Shown: positions 38,766 to 43,985 of the stretch, in pieces
Numbering within the stretch: the first letter of the stretch is position 1
How the letters are laid out: each line of letters starts with the position of its first letter
DNA from: an uncultured archaeon
GTDB taxonomy: Archaea; Asgardarchaeota; Thorarchaeia; Thorarchaeales; Thorarchaeaceae
Length of the DNA stretch: 43,985 nucleotides
Direction: 5' to 3'
NCBI GenBank assembly: GCA_964458565.1
Contig: CAYWJO010000014.1
Span: 32,256-76,240 of the forward strand
The notes under the pieces: generated by a model
Seen by the model: the letters and a program-made list of their open reading frames with translations, nothing else
What the model was told of the DNA's origin: nothing
The model's database searches: none
Position numbers and translations under genes: made by a program

Positions 38766-39842
38766 TTGAATTACCATCTCATACTGACAAGAAGATGCAA
38801 TCTGAATTGCATATATTGTCATGGAGGAGAGGAAACAGGACCCAATACAGAGATTCAATACTCGTTAGGTGATTTAGAAGCGTTCCTCTCAAGGGATATA
38901 GATCCACAACTTATGCTATATGGAGGAGAACCAACCCTTCGCATCCCTCTGATAATAGCACTTATGGATCAATTTCCCACCTACAGATTTATGCTCCAAA
39001 CCAATGGTATTCTGATAAATAATATGCCTACCAAGTATATCAACAGGTTCCATTCAATTCTTATTTCAATTGATGGTCCTTCTAGCACAACAGACTACTA
39101 TAGGTCGCAAGGAGTCCACGATAAGGTCATTGAGAATACACAATTCTTGATTGACAATGGATTTAAAGGGGATATAGTTGCTAGAATGGCTGTTTCGGAA
39201 CAGAGCGATATTTATCGTGATGTACGCTATTTAATTGAGCTAGGAATATACAATCATGTTCATTGGCAACTCAACGTTATCTGGGATGCTGAGGGAAATT
39301 GGACTGACTTTGATAAATGGGTTATCAACAGCTATAATCCTGGAATCACCAGACTGGTTGATGAATGGGTTGAAAAGTTGGAAGAAGGCATAGTTGAAGG
39401 GATTGTGCCTTTTCTCCCACTCATGTATTCCATTCTTACTGGCGAGAGGTCATATCTTAGATGCGGATCTGGAATTGATACATTTGCTATCCACGTAGAT
39501 GGTTCAATTGGAGTATGTCCCATCTCGCCGGATTGGGACTTTTCGATTGTTGGTAGTATTCTTGATACAAACCCACAAGAATTGCCGAACATTATGCCTA
39601 TTGAGGAGCCATGTCCATCGTGTGATGAGTATGATATCTGCGGTGGAAGGTGTCTCTTCACAAACAAACAGAAATTGTGGGGGAAAGCAGGCTTTGACAA
39701 AGTTTGCAATACTGTTAGACATCTAATATCTGCTTTAAGGAAAAAAGCTGGGCGAGTACAAGAATTGATAGACGCAGGAGTCATAGACATTTTGGATTTT
39801 AAATATCCTGAATACAATAACGGATGTGAAATCATTCCCTAG
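38766..39842 (+). CDS. Radical SAM/SPASM enzyme resembling the archaeal AF0577 (TIGR04084) family
   Basis: CNLNCIYC, YGGEP, LQTNG, SIDG, SPASM cysteines (CGSG, CP, CPSC..ICGGRC, C) and terminal EIIP. Likely start is TTG 38766; the ORF track starts at 38715. Confidence 0.85.
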   Translation: MNYHLILTRRCNLNCIYCHGGEETGPNTEIQYSLGDLEAFLSRDIDPQLMLYGGEPTLRIPLIIALMDQFPTYRFMLQTNGILINNMPTKYINRFHSILISIDGPSSTTDYYRSQGVHDKVIENTQFLIDNGFKGDIVARMAVSEQSDIYRDVRYLIELGIYNHVHWQLNVIWDAEGNWTDFDKWVINSYNPGITRLVDEWVEKLEEGIVEGIVPFLPLMYSILTGERSYLRCGSGIDTFAIHVDGSIGVCPISPDWDFSIVGSILDTNPQELPNIMPIEEPCPSCDEYDICGGRCLFTNKQKLWGKAGFDKVCNTVRHLISALRKKAGRVQELIDAGVIDILDFKYPEYNNGCEIIP

Positions 39843-39851
39843 GTCCAAGGA

Positions 39852-40352
39852 TTAGTAATCTTCTTCTTCTTCTTCTACTTCACAGAGATCTTTACGCATC
39901 ACAACGATTTCTTCGCCATCTCGTTCAATCCGTTCAATCTCAGTATAACCGTGAATGTTGTAGAATTTAATTTGCTCTTCTACTGCACCATATACTTCAA
40001 TCTCAATACATTGTGCATTCATATGTGAAAGGAGGTTCTCACCATACTCCACAAGCATTGTACCTATTCGGCGGCCTCGGAACTTCTGGAGGACTGCTAA
40101 CCTACTCATCACACCAACTTGACCTTTGAGATGAGCTCTCATCGTTCCAACTACAGTATCACCAACGATTGCTACGTACTGTGTACCCATCTGGATGTTG
40201 CGAGAAATTTTTCCCATCCCTTCAGATATGGCACCCGGTTTTCTGGACAATTTCTTCATTATAGGTCCGTACGCTTCTGTGATTATTGATTTTATTACAT
40301 CTACTTCTGCAAGTTCAGCTCTTCGAACTTTGACTTCCGCATAGTTGTACAT
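39852..40352 (-). CDS. GNAT family N-acetyltransferase
   Basis: RLAVLQKFRGRRIGTML and KFYNIHGY. Confidence 0.88.
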   Translation of the reverse strand: MYNYAEVKVRRAELAEVDVIKSIITEAYGPIMKKLSRKPGAISEGMGKISRNIQMGTQYVAIVGDTVVGTMRAHLKGQVGVMSRLAVLQKFRGRRIGTMLVEYGENLLSHMNAQCIEIEVYGAVEEQIKFYNIHGYTEIERIERDGEEIVVMRKDLCEVEEEEEDY

Positions 40353-40474
40353 CTACGGACTCACCATTTCATGATTTTTCAAGAGTTCAAGGTGTAGCAA
40401 TCAAAGTATTATGTCACTTCAGATACAAAGATTCAATTGTTCAGCAAAGATACCATAAACTCATTGGGTATGGA

Positions 40475-40981
40475 ATGTCTATGTCACGGAATAAGAAAAA
40501 GCTTGTCCTAAGACCTAAGGCTCTGACTGACCAAGAATGGATAAAAGGAGTGCTAACCGAATATTGGGCAGACATAAAAATTGTGACTAGAGGCATTTTA
40601 AGGGACGCATCTGCACTTCCTGCAGTTGTCGCACAGGCTGAGGGAGTCAGATGTGGTCTCGCAATCTATTCAATCGAAGAAAGAAATTGCGAACTTGTGA
40701 GTCTCAACAGTCTGGAAGAGAGTAAAGGTATTGGTAGCAGCCTTCTTGCTGAAGTTGAGAGAATAGCAATGGTGAATGGATGCATAAGAGTCTGGCTCAT
40801 CACTACCAATGATAATACACGTGCTATTGAATTTTACAAGAATAGAGGATACAATATCGTTTCAGTTCATAAGGATGCAATTACCAAGTCCAGACAACTT
40901 AAGCCATCAATCCCTCGTTTATCTTCCACTGGGATTCCGATAACAGATGAAATTGAACTTGAGAAACTTTTAATCGAATAA
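40475..40981 (+). CDS. GNAT family N-acetyltransferase
   Basis: KGIGSSLL and WLITTNDNTRAIEFYKNRGY. Confidence 0.9.
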   Translation: MSMSRNKKKLVLRPKALTDQEWIKGVLTEYWADIKIVTRGILRDASALPAVVAQAEGVRCGLAIYSIEERNCELVSLNSLEESKGIGSSLLAEVERIAMVNGCIRVWLITTNDNTRAIEFYKNRGYNIVSVHKDAITKSRQLKPSIPRLSSTGIPITDEIELEKLLIE

Positions 40982-41033
40982 TAATGCGTACCTTAATATC
41001 CAAAATTGTCTTTGGATTCTAAGAGGATTTGCT

Positions 41034-41180
41034 ATGACTGACAAAGAAAAGGAAGAGGTTGCAGACTCACAAAAACTATCACCCAGAGATAAGAAAGAGA
41101 TACAGGAAGGTGCATGTGTGAATTGTGCACTTGTATCGTTGATCTTTATGATTGTTACAGTCTTTGTAATGATTCTATAA
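41034..41180 (+). CDS. 48-aa tail-anchored membrane peptide (not in the ORF track)
   Basis: Hand translation MTDKEKEEVADSQKLSPRDKKEIQEGACVNCALVSLIFMIVTVFVMIL*, with a GAGGA RBS upstream. Confidence 0.6.
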   Translation: MTDKEKEEVADSQKLSPRDKKEIQEGACVNCALVSLIFMIVTVFVMIL

Positions 41181-41354
41181 TGAGAAATCTAGTTCAAAAT
41201 CACATTTTTGTTAGATTTCCACAAATTGGCGTTTCATTTATTGAATTATCTTGTAATGTTATCCTACGCTAAAGTCTACGAAATGAATTTCGAAAGAATA
41301 TTAACAAAGATAGCTAATACCTTTTTCATATTATTGAGTTAAGGAGGTATTCTT

Positions 41355-42314
41355 GTGGAAGTCCTAGTCACAGGTGCATTTGGAAATATTGGAGAAAGCA
41401 CCCTTTTAGCACTGACAGAAACACATCACACTATCAAATGCTTCGATCTCAGAACGAAAGCAACAGAAAAGAAAATGGAAGCATTGCAGACGAAATTGAA
41501 ATTCAAAGTAATATGGGGAAACATAACAAAACCAGAGTCTGTGGATAATGCAATTCAAGATGTTGGATGCGTAATCCATTTGGCTGCAATAATTCCACCC
41601 GGGTCTGAAACGAACCCAGAGTTAGCCAAGCAGGTGAATGTCGAAGGCACTCGAAATGTTATAATGTCTGCTGAGAAAATGGAGTATAAACCTAAACTCA
41701 TCTATGCTAGTTCGGTTTCAACATATGGACCTAGAGGACCTAATCAGCCTCCAGTTAATTCAGATACTCCTCAAATTGCGACTGATAATTATACTCATCA
41801 CAAAATCGAATGTGAGTCCCTGATAAAGAATAGTAGTCTAGACTGGACAATTCTTCGACTCGCAGCTGTCCCACCACTTGAAATGGGAGGCAGTATAGAT
41901 CCATCTTTCTTTGATACACCCTTTGAACAGAGAATTGAGTTTGCTCACACACGTGATGTTGGAAAAGCATTTGCCACTACTGTTGATGCCGAAACTACAG
42001 GTAAAGTTCTGTTGATTGGGGGAGGAGAAAATTCACAACTCACCTACGGTGTGTTCGTCAATAGTATGATGGTAGCAATGGGTATCGGTAAGATGCCTGC
42101 TGAAGCGTTTAAAGTCCCGGAAAAGGATGATGATTGGTATTATACTGATTGGATGGATACCGAAGAATCAGAGAGATTGCTTAGGTATCAACAACATAGC
42201 TTTGATGATTTTCTGAAAGAAATGGAAGATGGACTTGGGAAAAGAAAATATTTCATGAGAATCTTTGGCCCATTGATTCGCAAAATGTTAGTTAGGAAAT
42301 CACCTTACATCTAA
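41355..42314 (+). CDS. NAD-dependent epimerase/dehydratase (extended SDR)
   Basis: VTGAFGNIG, HLAA, VNVEGT, ASSVSTYG and YTHHK. Confidence 0.9.
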   Translation: MEVLVTGAFGNIGESTLLALTETHHTIKCFDLRTKATEKKMEALQTKLKFKVIWGNITKPESVDNAIQDVGCVIHLAAIIPPGSETNPELAKQVNVEGTRNVIMSAEKMEYKPKLIYASSVSTYGPRGPNQPPVNSDTPQIATDNYTHHKIECESLIKNSSLDWTILRLAAVPPLEMGGSIDPSFFDTPFEQRIEFAHTRDVGKAFATTVDAETTGKVLLIGGGENSQLTYGVFVNSMMVAMGIGKMPAEAFKVPEKDDDWYYTDWMDTEESERLLRYQQHSFDDFLKEMEDGLGKRKYFMRIFGPLIRKMLVRKSPYI

Positions 42315-42350
42315 AGAAAAAAGAGAGAGAGGCGAGAGCCTGAAGGCTCT
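42313..42350 (-). terminator. Hairpin plus pyrimidine/T tract between convergent genes
   Basis: AGAGCC-TGAA-GGCTCT (42335-42350), followed on the minus strand by a CT-rich tract ending TTTTTTCTTT. Confidence 0.5.
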
Positions 42351-42351
42351 A

Positions 42352-43737
42352 CTAATCCTCTTCTTCATCATCACCTAAACGTCTACCAGGCTTATATCTT
42401 CGAGATTCATCAACTCGAAGTCGTGATGAATCCGGTGACGATAAATCATGCCCTTGTTTGTGCTCAGGGATTTGACCAGCAGTTTCCTTTTCTTTACGAG
42501 CATATTCCTTAATATCCTCATCAACTTCATCTTCTTCAATAACTCCATCTTCGAGGGCTCGTTCAAGAACGCGTTCCGTTCGTTCCCATCGTAGATAGTA
42601 AAGCATAGAGAAGATTGCAGCTAATGGGAATGCAATGAGTTTGACCACATCCCTGAACACAAAGGTCCAAAGATTATCATAATTTGTCCACTCAAACCAG
42701 AGAGCAAGACCTGATGCAGGATTTGATGAAACTGCAATGATACTGTCAACAAAGAAGAATCCACTAGCTAGGAAGAATGTGAGAAGTGGGCCAAGGTCTC
42801 GAGTCCAAGACCGTCTCTCTTCAACACCTTCCGTCACGGTTCGCCCAATTCCGCTCATTGCATAAATCAGGAAGAACAAAGTCATACCGATATCAACAGG
42901 ATCAAAACCCGGAGGTATATTGCGTCGCATTACATTAACAAGGAAATAGCCTGCATAGATTCCGATGAAGACTACAAGTATTGCAATGTTTAACGCTGCA
43001 CCTTTTCGAGCGTATTTAAAGAACGAGAACAATGCAATCAGTGCGAACAATCCCATCATGGAGTAAGCTACTACAAGCCATGTAAATTGCGCTTGAAGAT
43101 TGCTCATTGCACTACTAAATAGGCTGATGCTTTGTAGAGCAGTTCCAATACCAAACATGTCATTAGGTATAAGAAATAGAGCAGCAATCGCTTCAGCTGC
43201 AATAATGCCTAGTCCTATGATCAGTATGATGAAACTTCCAATACCGATGGCAATTCCACCCTTCTTGGGTTCCGCAATTGATGCTACTCGTAAGCTTGTT
43301 CTGGATGATAGATAAGCTTGGAATGCGATCCATCCAATCCAACAGAAGACAGCGAAGAACATGAGGGCATTTCTTCCAGCAACTTGAGGTAGTGATATGA
43401 ATACAGAAATCGCAAAGGATACAGCCATCCATGCAAGACCCTTCAATTCAGTGGTTCTTCCACGACCTCTCCGTGTAATCCAGACCTTCTCAAGTCCGGT
43501 GGCCATGAATATAGATCCAAGCATGAAATAGATTGTTCCTGTAGCACCTAGATATACAAACAGGTTGATCAGGATATTCTCGATCTCATCATTGGCTGCA
43601 TAACCATTTAGCAAGATTGACCAGAAAAATGTCAGAAATGCAGTAGCAACAAAAACGGTTGTATATGCAACATAACGACGAGTCTTAAAGAAGACCTTTA
43701 GACCTTCAACAATATTAGAGAGAACAGGGATATTCAC
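42352..43737 (-). CDS. Multi-pass membrane protein with an acidic/charged C-terminal tail
   Basis: About 10 TM segments. Likely start is GTG 43737 after GGGAGG; the ORF track starts at 43779. Confidence 0.72.
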   Translation of the reverse strand: MNIPVLSNIVEGLKVFFKTRRYVAYTTVFVATAFLTFFWSILLNGYAANDEIENILINLFVYLGATGTIYFMLGSIFMATGLEKVWITRRGRGRTTELKGLAWMAVSFAISVFISLPQVAGRNALMFFAVFCWIGWIAFQAYLSSRTSLRVASIAEPKKGGIAIGIGSFIILIIGLGIIAAEAIAALFLIPNDMFGIGTALQSISLFSSAMSNLQAQFTWLVVAYSMMGLFALIALFSFFKYARKGAALNIAILVVFIGIYAGYFLVNVMRRNIPPGFDPVDIGMTLFFLIYAMSGIGRTVTEGVEERRSWTRDLGPLLTFFLASGFFFVDSIIAVSSNPASGLALWFEWTNYDNLWTFVFRDVVKLIAFPLAAIFSMLYYLRWERTERVLERALEDGVIEEDEVDEDIKEYARKEKETAGQIPEHKQGHDLSSPDSSRLRVDESRRYKPGRRLGDDEEED

Positions 43738-43985
43738 GCATTTTACCTCCCTTGACAAGTTCACTCGGGTCAGAAGCATTTAAGGTTTGCACCGACCCAT
43801 GAGAAGTCGTTTAATTTTCAAAAATAAAAACAATTGGCGAAGGCTACGGATTTTTGCGCATTCTATGCAAAAAACACCGTATTAGACAAATATAAATGGA
43901 GAGACGTATAAGCTATCGTGTGGTCAGGTTAGCCAGTAGGGCCTAGTTTTCGTAACATGCCCTCATTACACAAACTCCCCCCCTC

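Noticed and set aside
43900-43985. Slightly GC-richer end of the window as a possible tRNA, SRP or RNase P RNA
   Set aside because: No cloverleaf, T-loop or other diagnostic motif is recognisable, and the region is truncated by the window edge.
1-43985. Mobile element, provirus, defence island or selenoprotein UGA read-through
   Set aside because: No integrase, transposase, capsid or recognisable defence gene is seen, composition appears uniform, and I noticed no in-frame TGA at a catalytic Cys position.

Overview
Gene-dense, AT-rich archaeal chromosomal window. I infer an Asgard archaeon, probably Thorarchaeia, from the gene set (type 2 IPP isomerase, ADP-forming acyl-CoA ligase, AF0577-type radical SAM, internalin-like LRR protein, several C-terminally anchored surface proteins, many TTG/GTG starts with GGAG/GGTG RBS). 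It holds about 37 CDS, and I saw no rRNA, tRNA, CRISPR array or transposase. Two loci stand out. (1) 7070-12236 is a three-gene operon: an 895-aa helical-repeat rod protein, a divergent tubulin/FtsZ-superfamily GTPase and an unknown helical protein. It is transcribed divergently from a WD40 + MIT/TPR-like + coiled-coil gene, and is a candidate undescribed cytoskeletal or membrane-remodelling system. (2) 17057-20879 is an intact purC-purS fusion/purQ/purL-like operon in which all three enzyme domains have lost canonical catalytic residues (PurQ Cys->Ser, both PurL histidines, several PurC ligands), while the structural PurS part is conserved. This suggests a repurposed or pseudoenzyme FGAM-synthase-like complex. 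Other oddities are a circularly permuted family-5 solute-binding protein, a stand-alone TGT-like enzyme, a PRC-barrel plus thioredoxin/KaiB-like gene pair, a degenerate amidohydrolase, an unannotated 48-aa tail-anchored ORF and a tandem palindromic PadR operator. All family calls come from motif recognition by eye; no searches were run.
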